DNA from: Chthoniobacterales bacterium
Lineage (GTDB): Bacteria > Verrucomicrobiota > Verrucomicrobiia > Chthoniobacterales > UBA10450
NCBI GenBank assembly: GCA_036490335.1
Contig: DASXEB010000016.1
Span: 70,489-134,488 of the forward strand
Length of the DNA: 64,000 nt
Reading direction: 5' to 3'
This document shows, in pieces, positions 48,447-58,218 of this stretch (position 1 is its first letter; every line of letters starts with the position of its first letter). The notes under the pieces were generated by a model. The model did no database searches. It saw nothing but the letters and a program-made list of their open reading frames with translations, and had not been told where the DNA came from. The translations under genes were made by a program, and so were the position numbers.

Positions 48447-50123
48447 TTAGGTAAAAGAGACGATCGCCGGAAAAGGCGCCGACGCAATCGCCGCCTCCAG
48501 CACGCGAATATCGACCGGCTTGGTCAGGTGCGCGCAAAAGCCGCAGGCGCGGCTGCGCGCGACGTCAGCATCCATCCCATAACCGCTCAACGCGATGCCC
48601 GGCATGCCCTGGGTGCGATGTAACTCCGCCATTAACTCATAGCCGTCGCCATCAGGAAGGCCAAGATCGGAAATCAAAAGGTCGCAGTTACCCGCGGCAG
48701 CCCGCGCGCGCGCCGCTTCGCTCGTCGCGACCGCGACAACCACATGTCCGCGACGCTGCAATAACTGGGCTAATGTCACGCGGGTTTGTTCGTGGTCTTC
48801 AACCAGCAGGATGTGTCGGTTCTGTTGCGGAGTCAGCGTCGCCTCGCCGGTATGCGGCGGTGTGTCGGTTGCGTTCGCGGCTTTTTCCAAGGGTAACTCA
48901 ATGCGAAAAGTTGCGCCCTGGCCGCGGCCTTTACTCTCGGCGAGGATCCTGCCGTTTTGTAACTCGACGAGCCGGCGAGTGATCGCAAGGCCGAGACCGA
49001 CTCCGCCAAAGCGATGGCCGTACTCATTATCTTCCTGGATAAAAGCATCGAAGACGCGCCCGAGCATTTCCGGGTCGATACCGACACCGGTGTCACTGAC
49101 TTCAACTTCAAATATCTCTTCGGTCTGGCGCGAGTTACTCGTTCGCACACTTACCGAACCACCAGCGGGAGTAAACTTGACCGCGTTCTTGAGCACGTTC
49201 CAAAAAATCTGCTGCAAACGGACGGCGTCTGCCTTGATCGTATGCTGCGGGGCGGCGAGCTCGAGAGTTACCTGGATTTTTTGCTCTTCAATGTCGCTGC
49301 GAAGAATGTCGTAGGCATGTCGAAGCGCGGCGTGAGCGTCGATCGGTCGAAAGTCGAGACGCAATTTACCGCCGGTGATGCGAGTGATGTCGAGTAAGTC
49401 ATCGACCAGCCGCGCCTGAAGCGCAATGCCTTTGGCGATGACATTAATGTCGTCGCGCACGCGCGCCGGCAGAGTCTTGTCTTCGGCGAGCGACGTCGCA
49501 AGGAGCAAGGCGGGATTGAGCGGCGTTCGTAACTCATGAGATAGCGCGGCGAGAAAGTCATCCTTCGCGCGCGTGGCCGCTTCGGCGCGGCTTTTCGCGG
49601 CTTCGGCACTCAAGCGCGCGGCTTCGGCAGTTTCGAAAAGCGCGCGGATCTGAGTGGCGCTTTCGCGCAGAGCGGCATTGGCCTGCTCTAGCTTCGCGGT
49701 CCGCTCGGCGACCTTTTGTTGTAACTCGAGCGCGTGTTGCGATTGCTGCAATGCATATCGAATCGAACGTTCGAGCGCGCCGGCATCGATCTCGCCTTTG
49801 ACGAGATAATCGGCGGCGCCGGCTTCGAGCGCCTGCAAGGCGAGATCGCGATCGCCTTCGCCCGTGAGCAGGATGACCGGCGCCTTGCAACCGCGCTCAA
49901 GGGCTTCGCGTAAGAGGAGCAGGCCATCTTTTTTGCCGAGCCGATAGTCAAGCAAACAGGCATCATGTTCGCATCGACTTATACTCGTTAGGCCAGATTC
50001 GAAATCTTTCGCCCATTCCACCTGGACCTTGCTGCCCGGAATTTCCGCGAGCAATTCCTTCGTCAAGACATAGTCGTCGGGATCGTCCTCGATCAGGAGC
50101 ACCCGCAACTGGCTCTTATCCAT
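48447..50123 (-). CDS. Hybrid sensor histidine kinase (REC, coiled coil, HisKA, HATPase, REC)
   Basis: N-terminal receiver VLLIEDDPDD...LLDYRL. H-box FLAALSHELRTPLN. G-boxes VSDTGVGI and GGVGLGLAI. C-terminal receiver ILLVEDHE...LLISDLGLPDGDG. Confidence 0.85.
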   Translation of the reverse strand: MDKSQLRVLLIEDDPDDYVLTKELLAEIPGSKVQVEWAKDFESGLTSISRCEHDACLLDYRLGKKDGLLLLREALERGCKAPVILLTGEGDRDLALQALEAGAADYLVKGEIDAGALERSIRYALQQSQHALELQQKVAERTAKLEQANAALRESATQIRALFETAEAARLSAEAAKSRAEAATRAKDDFLAALSHELRTPLNPALLLATSLAEDKTLPARVRDDINVIAKGIALQARLVDDLLDITRITGGKLRLDFRPIDAHAALRHAYDILRSDIEEQKIQVTLELAAPQHTIKADAVRLQQIFWNVLKNAVKFTPAGGSVSVRTSNSRQTEEIFEVEVSDTGVGIDPEMLGRVFDAFIQEDNEYGHRFGGVGLGLAITRRLVELQNGRILAESKGRGQGATFRIELPLEKAANATDTPPHTGEATLTPQQNRHILLVEDHEQTRVTLAQLLQRRGHVVVAVATSEAARARAAAGNCDLLISDLGLPDGDGYELMAELHRTQGMPGIALSGYGMDADVARSRACGFCAHLTKPVDIRVLEAAIASAPFPAIVSFT

Positions 50124-50601
50124 GCTCGCCTCCGTTTTCGCCCGGCAGGGCCACGATCTCGAGCCAGTATTTGCCGAGCACTTTCACCACTTCTGCCATC
50201 GCGGCGAAAGTGACCGGCTTTGTAATGTAGGAGGCGGCCGACAAGTCATAGGTGCGATAGATATCCTCTTCCGCTTTCGAAGTGGTGAGGATGACTACGC
50301 GGATGTTTTTCAAGCCAGGATCGGCTTTGATCTCCTTGAGCGCTTCGCGGCCGTCCTTCTTCGGCATGTTTAAGTCGAGAAGGATAAGGCCCGGGCGCGG
50401 TGAGGTCGCCGGGTCTTCGTACTTGCCGCGGCGTTTCAGGTAATCGAGTAACTCCACGCCATCCTCGACGAAGCGCAGGTCGTTGACGAGGCGGCTTTCC
50501 TCGAATGCTTCCTTTGTCATGAGACGATCATCCGCGTCGTCATCCGCCATCAGGATTGTAATTGGCTTGCCTTGTATTTCCATTCGTTCGGTTCCTTTCA
50601 T
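50116..50601 (-). CDS. Response regulator (receiver only)
   Basis: ILMADDDADD...LILLDLNMPKKDG...VILTTS. ATGA overlap with the upstream kinase and an 8-nt overlap with the downstream kinase. Confidence 0.8.
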   Translation of the reverse strand: MKGTERMEIQGKPITILMADDDADDRLMTKEAFEESRLVNDLRFVEDGVELLDYLKRRGKYEDPATSPRPGLILLDLNMPKKDGREALKEIKADPGLKNIRVVILTTSKAEEDIYRTYDLSAASYITKPVTFAAMAEVVKVLGKYWLEIVALPGENGGEHG

Positions 50602-52055
50602 GTTTGTCTTATTGGTAGGGTAACAAAAAATGTCGCGCCTTCGCCTGGCGCGCTGCGGGCAGTGATGCTGCCATGATGTCTTTCGACGATTTTACGACAT
50701 ATAGCCAGTCCCATGCCGGTGCCTTCGTATTCCTGACGGCCATGGAGGCGCTGAAAAAGCTCGAAAATGCGATCGAGATAAATCTCTTCGAAGCCGATTC
50801 CGTTATCACGCACGGCCAGCTCACAACGCGGGATTTCGCCGTTGCCCTCGAGCGGCGGAAGCAGGCGGCTTTTCAATTCGATCACCGGCGACTCGTTAGG
50901 CCGGCGGAATTTCAAACCGTTGCCGATCAGATTTTGTAACAGTTGCCGCATCTGCATCGGATCGGCTTCGAGCTCCGGCAAGGCGCCGACCTCGACGCGC
51001 GCGCCGGTTTCTTCAATCCTGTCTTCGAGATCTGAGACGACTTCCGCCGCGGTCGCGGAAAGATCGACCCTGGCAAAAGGCTGGGCCTTGCTCGTGACGC
51101 GCGAAAAAGTCAGCAGCGCATCGATCAGACTGCGCATGCGCGTCGCCGACGACTGCATGCGCGCGAGATAATCGCGGCCTTGTTCGCCGAGAACCGAAGA
51201 ACTGCGCGTCTGCAACCGGTCGCCGAAAGCCTGGATTTTGCGCAACGGTTCCTGCAAATCGTGCGAAGCGACGGAGGCGAACTGCTCAAGCTCGCGATTA
51301 CTGCGTTCGAGCGCTTCGTTTGTCGCGGAAAGATCGGCGGTGCGTTGCTCGACGCGCTTTTCCAGCTCGGCGTTGGCGCGGTTGAGCGCTTCCGCGCCGC
51401 GGCGACGGGTCGCAAGCTCGCGCGCCGTGAGCCAGTAAGCCGCCACCACCATGCCGACGCCTAACAATGTCGTGAGGTATTGGGTCATCAATGCCATCCG
51501 ATAACTCGCGTGCGATTCCGCGTCGCGGACTCGCAAGAGCCGCAACTCTTCATTCCGCATCTCGGCGAGCAACGACGAGATCGCTTCCATTTTCAGCCGG
51601 CCGCGACCTGCCTGCACAAAGGCGCGACCACCTTCAATGCCTTGTGCGTCGCGCATCGCGACGCCCTGCCGCAACAACGTCAGCCGGTCGGCGACTAGCG
51701 GCTCGAGTCGCGCGATCCTTTCCGTTTGCGACTGATTATCGATCGTCAACGATCGCACGGTTTGCACATCGCGCGCGACCGCGTCGGCCGCCGCGTGGTA
51801 AGGCTCGAGATAAGTCGGGTCCCCGGTTAGAAGATAGCTGCGCTGACTTGTCTCCGCACTCGCAAGCGCGGCAAGGATGTCGCGCAATTCATCGAGGACT
51901 TGCTGAGTGTGAATCACCAAGCCGTCATTATGAGAAATGCGATGGATATTATTCGACGCGACCCAGCCACTGCCGATCAAGACGATGATGGCGAGGGTAA
52001 AAAAAAGGGTCGCGAATGTGCCGACCGACTGCTTTGTCTCCCGTTTTTCCTCCAT
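50598..52055 (-). CDS. CHASE3-domain sensor histidine kinase
   Basis: TM helix, then a CHASE3-like region (TQQVLDELRDILAALASAETSQRSYLLTGDPTYLEPY), a second TM helix, H-box FASVASHDLQEPLRKI, and G-boxes DNGIGF and GTGMGLAI. Start taken at ATG 52055. Confidence 0.8.
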   Translation of the reverse strand: MEEKRETKQSVGTFATLFFTLAIIVLIGSGWVASNNIHRISHNDGLVIHTQQVLDELRDILAALASAETSQRSYLLTGDPTYLEPYHAAADAVARDVQTVRSLTIDNQSQTERIARLEPLVADRLTLLRQGVAMRDAQGIEGGRAFVQAGRGRLKMEAISSLLAEMRNEELRLLRVRDAESHASYRMALMTQYLTTLLGVGMVVAAYWLTARELATRRRGAEALNRANAELEKRVEQRTADLSATNEALERSNRELEQFASVASHDLQEPLRKIQAFGDRLQTRSSSVLGEQGRDYLARMQSSATRMRSLIDALLTFSRVTSKAQPFARVDLSATAAEVVSDLEDRIEETGARVEVGALPELEADPMQMRQLLQNLIGNGLKFRRPNESPVIELKSRLLPPLEGNGEIPRCELAVRDNGIGFEEIYLDRIFELFQRLHGRQEYEGTGMGLAICRKIVERHHGSITARSAPGEGATFFVTLPIRQT

Positions 52056-52328
52056 GCGCGATCCGTTTCGACGGCAACAATCTTCCGGCCCGGTCGATCC
52101 GCAAGAGCAGGCGCGCGAAATAAACGAAGGCCGGCAGGTCGACGAACAACCTGATCTTCGCAAATGGATTCGTTAGGCAGGCTGATCTCGCTCGCGACTA
52201 ACGAACAAAAGACGAGCGGGAAACGCATCAGGTCTTCATCGATTCACCATCCGCCTTTCGCCTAACAAAAATAAGATTGGCAACACGCCGCGCCGCCTTG
52301 TAACCTCCGCCGAAACACCATTACACCT

Positions 52329-53552
52329 ATGTTTGATACAGGAACTACCGGCTTCATGCTCCTCGCCACCAGCCTCGTCATGTTAATGACTCCGGGCCTC
52401 GCTTTCTTCTACGGAGGATTGGCCGGGCGGCGAAACATTCTCGGCATCATGATCCAGAGCTTCGTCTCGATGGGTATCACGACCATCCTCTGGTTCATCT
52501 GCGGTTACTCGCTTTGTTTCAGCGGCAACGCGCTCGGCGGACTGATCGGCAATCTCGACAAGGCTTTCATGCACGGTGTGACTCTCAATTCGCCCTTTCC
52601 CGGCAATCATAAGTTACCCGAGTTCGTTTTCATGGCTTATCAAATGATGTTCGCCATCATAACTCCGGCCCTGATTACCGGCGCCTTTATCAATCGAGTT
52701 ACCTTTAAGGCCTATCTCTGCTTTCTCGTCCTTTGGCAGTTACTCGTCTACTATCCCTTCGTCCACATGGTCTGGGGCGGAGGCCTGCTTGCGCAGCTCG
52801 GCGTCCTCGATTTCGCCGGCGGCATCGTCGTTCACGCCATCGCGGGCTTCGCGGCGCTCGCTTCCGTCTTCTATGTCGGGCAACGCCGCGATCGCGAGTC
52901 GCCGCCAAATAGCATTCCACTTATAGCTATCGGCACCGGCTTACTCTGGTTTGGCTGGTACGGCTTTAATGCCGGGAGCGAGCTGGATGTCAACGCCATC
53001 ACCGGCCTTGCCTTTCTTAACACCGATGTCGCCGCCTCCTTTGCCGCGATTACCTGGATGGTGATCGAATGGAGCGCGCAACGACGTCCGAAATTTGTCG
53101 GGCTTCTGACCGGCGCGGTCGCGGGGCTCGCCACCATCACTCCGGCGGCCGGCTATGTCTCACTGCCATCGGCGGCAATCATCGGCATCGCGGCCGGAGC
53201 GATCTGCTATCTCGCGGTGCATTTGAAAAACAAACTCGGCTGGGACGACGCGCTCGACGTCTGGGGAGTGCATGGCGTCGGCGGAGCGCTCGGCGTGATT
53301 TTACTCGGCGTCTTTGCCAGCAGGGCGGTCAATGCGGCCGGCGCGAATGGGCTGCTTGCGGGAGGAAGTCACTTCTTCATTCTGCAATGCGCGGCGGTGA
53401 TCGGGGCATCGATTTACGCCTTCGTTTTTACCTACGTCATGCTCGCGATCATCAATATTTTCACGACCGTAAAAGTCTCCGAAGCTGATGAAGACCTGGG
53501 TCTCGATGCCTCGCTCCACGGCGAACAAGCGTATGATACCGGCGTCCTCTGA
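52329..53552 (+). CDS. amt: Ammonium transporter
   Basis: LMTPGLAFFYGG, DFAGGIVVHAIAGFAAL, VHGVGGALGVILLGVFA. Confidence 0.9.
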   Translation: MFDTGTTGFMLLATSLVMLMTPGLAFFYGGLAGRRNILGIMIQSFVSMGITTILWFICGYSLCFSGNALGGLIGNLDKAFMHGVTLNSPFPGNHKLPEFVFMAYQMMFAIITPALITGAFINRVTFKAYLCFLVLWQLLVYYPFVHMVWGGGLLAQLGVLDFAGGIVVHAIAGFAALASVFYVGQRRDRESPPNSIPLIAIGTGLLWFGWYGFNAGSELDVNAITGLAFLNTDVAASFAAITWMVIEWSAQRRPKFVGLLTGAVAGLATITPAAGYVSLPSAAIIGIAAGAICYLAVHLKNKLGWDDALDVWGVHGVGGALGVILLGVFASRAVNAAGANGLLAGGSHFFILQCAAVIGASIYAFVFTYVMLAIINIFTTVKVSEADEDLGLDASLHGEQAYDTGVL

Positions 53553-53574
53553 GTTATACTCGTTAGGCCAAACC

Positions 53575-53898
53575 ATGAGTGAAGTCATCGTCATCGTCGC
53601 CTATCTTCCGAAAAGCGGGAAGAACGCCGAAGTCTTGGACCTCGTCCGCAACCGCGTCCCGACCTTGAAGACGGAAGGGCTTGTCACCGATCGCGAACCA
53701 GTCATCATGCGGGCGCGCGATGGCGCAATTATCGAAGTCTCTGAGTGGAAATCGCGGGCTGCGATCGAAGCCGCGCATCAAAACCCCAGAGTCCTTGCGA
53801 TGTGGGACAAGTTCTTTGCCGTTTGCGACTGCGTGCCGCTCAATACCATCGCGGAAACGCGCGATATGTTTGCCGGCTTCGAGCCTTTGCCAAGCTGA
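53575..53898 (+). CDS. ABM (antibiotic-biosynthesis-monooxygenase-like, ferredoxin-fold) domain protein
   Basis: 107 aa. VIVIVAYLPKSGK...IIEVSEWKSRAAIEAAHQNPRV fits the ABM pattern. Confidence 0.5.
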   Translation: MSEVIVIVAYLPKSGKNAEVLDLVRNRVPTLKTEGLVTDREPVIMRARDGAIIEVSEWKSRAAIEAAHQNPRVLAMWDKFFAVCDCVPLNTIAETRDMFAGFEPLPS

Positions 53899-54003
53899 CC
53901 CTGACCGCTGCTTTTCCGCCTAACGATCATAAGACTCGGCGCTCTCCGAGCTTTTCCACCCGGAGAGCCGCGGCCAGTCTTTTACTCGTTAGGCCAATCG
54001 GCC

Positions 54004-56172
54004 TTAGGCGGGAATGTTTGCGATCTTTTCTCGATCCCAATTCCGATGTTGCGCGATCGCTTTGATGAAGCGCGCCGAGACCTTCTTCGCGTCGCTCTTC
54101 CCATCGGCAAAAACGGCGGGATCGCTTTTGACCGACTTATCATCGAGCGGAATCGCGGAAGCGCGCAATAGCTTTACGCCTTCGCCGGTAGCTGCGATCG
54201 CCTTGCAATGTTTGTAGGTCTCGTTGACGAAGTGCAGAGCGCGTTCGTCTTTCGCCAGGCTGGCCGCGCTCTTCGCGCCGCCCGGAATATACGTGGCGTC
54301 GAAAAGCACTGAGGCTGCGTTGAGCAGACTCATATCGACTTTCACCGCGGCGCCTTTGGCGCTCTTCACGCTGCCGCCACGCGGGCCGATGATCTTCACC
54401 ATCGCTCCTTCACTCGTTAGGGCTTTTTTCATCGTGTTCAGGTCGTTGTCATCGACGCCGCCAGCGACGAGAAAGGCAATCTTTCGCGTGCGAATCGTGT
54501 TCTTCACCGTGTTCGCCATGCTGAGCGCGGGGGACTTATTGTAAGTGTTTTTCATCGGCTTGGATTCCGTCTCTTTGCCGGCATCGGCACCGACGGCCCG
54601 GTTGGTCCGACCTTCAACCGAGCTGGGAACATCGAGGCCGAGACCTTCCGCGATGCCGCTGGCGAGACGCTTGTCCACTTTATTCAGCATGCCGAGCATG
54701 CGCTCGACGATCGCCGGCCGAGTGACATTCCCGAGCTCAAAGGTGAGCGCGTTGATGATGTGCTGCCGTTCGTAAGGCGCCATGCTGTTAAAGAAGAGCG
54801 CGGCCTGGCTGAAGTGGTCGAAGAATTTTGCCGTCTTCCCGCGCACTTTCGCGCCTTGCAGTTTCTCCATGTAACTAACGAATCCGCCCGCGTTTTCCCT
54901 GGCCTCCATCGGACAGCCGCTGCTGATCGTGTTCGGAAAATAACTCGTCTCGCCGCGATTGACGATCTGCTGCATATGACCATCGCGTTGGTTATTGTGC
55001 ATCGGACACGTCGGACGATTGATTGGAATCTGCGCGAAGTTAGGACCACCGAGCCGGGTCAGTTGCGTGTCGGTGTACGAAAAGAGCCGGCCTTGCAGGA
55101 GCGGGTCGTCGCTAAAGTCGATGCCACTGACCAAGTGGCCCGGATGAAAAGCTACCTGTTCCGTTTCCGCAAAGTAGTTATCAGGATTGCGATTGAGAAC
55201 CAGCTTGCCTAACGGTGTCACCGGCACGATTTCCTCGGGAATGATCTTGGTCGGGTCGAGCAAATCGAAATCGAACTTATGCTCGTCCTTTTCCTCCACG
55301 ATCTGAACGCCGAATTCCCATTCTGGAAAATCGCCCGTCTCGATCGCGTCCCATAAGTCGCGCCGATGGAAATCCGGATCGTTCCCGGAAATTTTCTGCG
55401 CTTCATCCCACAGCACCGAATGCATCCCGAGCTTCGGCTTGAAATGAAACTTCACGAAGCGCGACTTACCCGCCTTGTTGATGAAGCGGAACGTGTGAAT
55501 GCCGAAACCTTCCATCATGCGCAGGCTCCGCGGAATCGCGCGATCCGACATCACCCACATGAGCATGTGAAATGTCTCGGGCGTGAGCGAAATGAAATCG
55601 TAAAAGGTGTCGTGCGCCGAAGCGGCCTGCGGGATTTCGTTATGCGGCTCCGGTTTTACGGCGTGGATGAGATCGGGAAACTTGATCGCGTCCTGAATAA
55701 AGAAGACGGGAATGTTGTTGCCGACCATGTCGAAGATACCTTCGTCGGTATAAAACTTGATCGCGAAACCGCGCACGTCGCGCGCTAGATCGCTCGAGCC
55801 GCGCGAGCCCGCGACGGTCGAGAAACGGAGAAAGACCGGAGTCTTGCGCGACGGATCATTCAGGAAACCCGCTTTCGTCAGGTCGGGCACAGCTTTGTAA
55901 CATTGGAAGTAACCGTGCGCCGCCACGCCGCGCGCATGCACGGCGCGCTCCGGGATCCGTTCGTGATCGAAATGCGTGATCTTTTCCCGCATGAGAAAAT
56001 CTTCGAGCAGGGAAGGACCGCGTTCGCCGGCTTTGAGCGTGTTGTTCGTGTCGTTGATCGGCACGCCCTGATTCGAGGTCAGCGTCGTTGCGTCCATTTC
56101 GGAAATGTCCGGCGCCAGCTCCTTGATTTTTCCTGTCTCGCTATCGGTTCTTTTCGTTTTGATTTTCGGCAT
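54004..56172 (-). CDS. katE: Large-subunit catalase (HPII type)
   Basis: [47 protein letters not shown], plus a C-terminal flavodoxin-like/DJ-1 domain. 722 aa. Confidence 0.95.
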   Translation of the reverse strand: MPKIKTKRTDSETGKIKELAPDISEMDATTLTSNQGVPINDTNNTLKAGERGPSLLEDFLMREKITHFDHERIPERAVHARGVAAHGYFQCYKAVPDLTKAGFLNDPSRKTPVFLRFSTVAGSRGSSDLARDVRGFAIKFYTDEGIFDMVGNNIPVFFIQDAIKFPDLIHAVKPEPHNEIPQAASAHDTFYDFISLTPETFHMLMWVMSDRAIPRSLRMMEGFGIHTFRFINKAGKSRFVKFHFKPKLGMHSVLWDEAQKISGNDPDFHRRDLWDAIETGDFPEWEFGVQIVEEKDEHKFDFDLLDPTKIIPEEIVPVTPLGKLVLNRNPDNYFAETEQVAFHPGHLVSGIDFSDDPLLQGRLFSYTDTQLTRLGGPNFAQIPINRPTCPMHNNQRDGHMQQIVNRGETSYFPNTISSGCPMEARENAGGFVSYMEKLQGAKVRGKTAKFFDHFSQAALFFNSMAPYERQHIINALTFELGNVTRPAIVERMLGMLNKVDKRLASGIAEGLGLDVPSSVEGRTNRAVGADAGKETESKPMKNTYNKSPALSMANTVKNTIRTRKIAFLVAGGVDDNDLNTMKKALTSEGAMVKIIGPRGGSVKSAKGAAVKVDMSLLNAASVLFDATYIPGGAKSAASLAKDERALHFVNETYKHCKAIAATGEGVKLLRASAIPLDDKSVKSDPAVFADGKSDAKKVSARFIKAIAQHRNWDREKIANIPA

Positions 56173-56228
56173 AAGATCCCTTTTCGAATTTTTCGCTTCT
56201 CTCGGCTCGCAAATTAGCGATATCCGTG

Positions 56229-56276
56229 ATAGGTGAGAAAGACGTTCTTTCTATTCAATCGATAGGCACTGCCTAT
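56229..56276. promoter_or_regulatory. OxyR-type operator (ATAG/CTAT elements) in the katE-oxyR divergent region
   Basis: CTAT (56251-54), N7, ATAG (56262-65), N7, CTAT (56273-76) matches three of the four elements of the classical ATAG-N7-CTAT-N7-ATAG-N7-CTAT layout. A further ATAG lies at 56229-32. The site overlaps the oxyR start codon. Confidence 0.5.
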
Positions 56277-57159
56277 GGAAATCCATCAGCTTCGCTACTT
56301 CCTTGCTGTCGCCCTAGCCGGCAATTTCAGCCGCGCGGCCGAAGCCTGTCACGTCGCCCAGCCGTCCCTGAGCCAGCAGATCCTGAAACTGGAAGGCGAG
56401 CTCGGCGAACGTCTCTTCGAAAGAAAAGCGCGCCACGTTTCACTGACCGCCGCGGGCGAACTTTTCCGCGGGCGCGCGGCTCGCGTCATCGCCGAGCTGC
56501 ACGAAGCGCGGCGCGAAGTGCGCGACTCGTCCGGCGAACCGCGCGGCCAAGTCGGCCTCTCCGCCCTGCCGACGATCGCGCCTTATCTTTTGCCGAAAAT
56601 CATTCGCGGTTTTTCGCGGCGCTGTCCCGCGGTCGCGACGATCGTGCACGAAGAAACAACCGACCGCGCCTTGCGCGCGCTCGAGCAGCACGAGATCGAC
56701 CTTGCGCTCGTTAGCCTGCCGATCGCGTCGCCGCGCGTGCGGGTGCGTGCGCTTTTCAGCGAGGAGCTTTTGCTCGCGCTTCCGAAACGGCATCCGCTTT
56801 TGCGGAAACGGAAACTTGCCGGCGCCGATCTGGCGCGAGAGAAATTTATTTTCATGGCCGAAACGCACTGCCTTGGCGCGCAAAGCCTGCAATTTTGCTA
56901 CGCGAAAGGTTTCACTCCGCAGATCAGTTGCCGGAGCGCGCAGATGGAAACCGTGCAGGCGCTGGTCGCGACCGGGGTTGGCATTTCCATGGTCCCGGCA
57001 ATGGCGCGGCAGCGTTCGGCGCGGGTCAGTTATCGTTCGTTAGGCAAACCGAAGCCGACGCGAACGATTGCCTTGATCTGGGACAAGCACCGCCAGCTTT
57101 CCCGCGCCGCGATCGAGCTGCGCGATTTTATTCAAACACTCGCGGCCGACTGCGACTAA
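56275..57159 (+). CDS. oxyR: LysR-family regulator, OxyR-like
   Basis: LRYFLAVALAGNFSRAAEACHVAQPSLSQQILKLE is the HTH. ETHCLGAQSLQFC aligns with the OxyR redox cysteines (HCL...FC). Divergent from katE. Confidence 0.75.
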   Translation: MEIHQLRYFLAVALAGNFSRAAEACHVAQPSLSQQILKLEGELGERLFERKARHVSLTAAGELFRGRAARVIAELHEARREVRDSSGEPRGQVGLSALPTIAPYLLPKIIRGFSRRCPAVATIVHEETTDRALRALEQHEIDLALVSLPIASPRVRVRALFSEELLLALPKRHPLLRKRKLAGADLAREKFIFMAETHCLGAQSLQFCYAKGFTPQISCRSAQMETVQALVATGVGISMVPAMARQRSARVSYRSLGKPKPTRTIALIWDKHRQLSRAAIELRDFIQTLAADCD

Positions 57160-57187
57160 CGAACAAAGAACCGAGCGCTCGTTAGTC
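57154..57187 (+). terminator. Hairpin from inverted variant genome words after oxyR
   Basis: GACTAACGA (57154-57162, includes the TAA stop at 57157-59), a 16-nt loop, TCGTTAGTC (57179-57187). Confidence 0.45.
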
Positions 57188-57237
57188 TGATTGACTTTGC
57201 GCCCTGCTCGTACGTAAAGTGCTTCGCTTGTCCAATT

Positions 57238-58092
57238 ATGCGCGCCATCTGGAAAGGCAGTATCAGCTTCGGTCTCGTTTACATTCCGGTCGCGGTTTAC
57301 CCGGCGACTCGCGAGGAGAAACTCAGCTTCCGGCAACTGCGCCGGACCGATCTTAGCCCGATCAAATACAAGAAGGTCGCCGAGGCCGACCAGGAAGAAG
57401 TCAGCGCCGATCAAATCGTCAAAGGCTTCGAGTACGAGCGCGGGCGTTACATTGTTTTAAAGGAGGAAGATTTCGAGAAAGTCCGGATCGAATCGACGCA
57501 CTCGATCGACATCACCGATTTCGTCCAGCTCGAGCAGGTCGATCCGAAATTTTTCTACAAGCCTTACTTTCTCGAGCCGCAAAAGGGCGGCGAAAAAGCT
57601 TACGCGCTTTTGCACAAGGCGCTCGCGGGGACGGGCAAAATTGGCGTCGCAAAAGTTGTGATCAGCAATCGCGAACACCTTGCCTCGGTCAAGCCGGACG
57701 GACTGTTTCTCGTCCTCGAGCTGATGCATTTCGCGAGCGAAATTCTCAGTCCGTCGGAGCTAAGCCGCGGCGTCACCGGCGAAATCAACGACAGGGAATT
57801 GAAGATGGCGCAAACCCTGATCGAGAGCATGTCGGTGCCGTGGGAGCCGGAGAAATATCGCGACGAGTATCGCGACGCGGTCATGGAAATGATCGAACTC
57901 AAAGCCAATCACAAGGAATCGGCCGCGCCGCCAGTTGCCGCGACTCGCGCGACCAATGTCGTCGATCTCGTGAAAGTTTTGCAGGAAAGCCTGGCGCGCA
58001 ACCAATCGGTGAAGACGAAGAGCAACGGGACGCGTGCCAGCCGCTCGACTTCGTCGCTCGTGAAGCGCAACAAGCGCCGGATCGCCGCCTAA
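57238..58092 (+). CDS. ku: Ku protein (bacterial NHEJ)
   Basis: MRAIWKGSISFGLVYIPVAVYPATRE...FRQL... is a canonical bacterial Ku N-terminus, with a basic C-terminal tail. Confidence 0.9.
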   Translation: MRAIWKGSISFGLVYIPVAVYPATREEKLSFRQLRRTDLSPIKYKKVAEADQEEVSADQIVKGFEYERGRYIVLKEEDFEKVRIESTHSIDITDFVQLEQVDPKFFYKPYFLEPQKGGEKAYALLHKALAGTGKIGVAKVVISNREHLASVKPDGLFLVLELMHFASEILSPSELSRGVTGEINDRELKMAQTLIESMSVPWEPEKYRDEYRDAVMEMIELKANHKESAAPPVAATRATNVVDLVKVLQESLARNQSVKTKSNGTRASRSTSSLVKRNKRRIAA

Positions 58093-58218
58093 CGAGCAAA
58101 GAACCCCAGTTCCCTAACGAGCAAAAGACTCGAACATCGCGTGGGATCGCGCCGACGCGCGATAAGCGGCGCCTCGCAATATCTTTGCCAAACGCGAGGG
58201 ATTCCCTAGAATGCGGCC

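Noticed and set aside
52277-52291. TTGGCAACACGCCGC upstream of amt as a sigma-54 promoter (-24 GG / -12 GC).
   Set aside because: The GG-to-GC spacing is one nucleotide short of the canonical arrangement, and the -12 TTGC element is absent.
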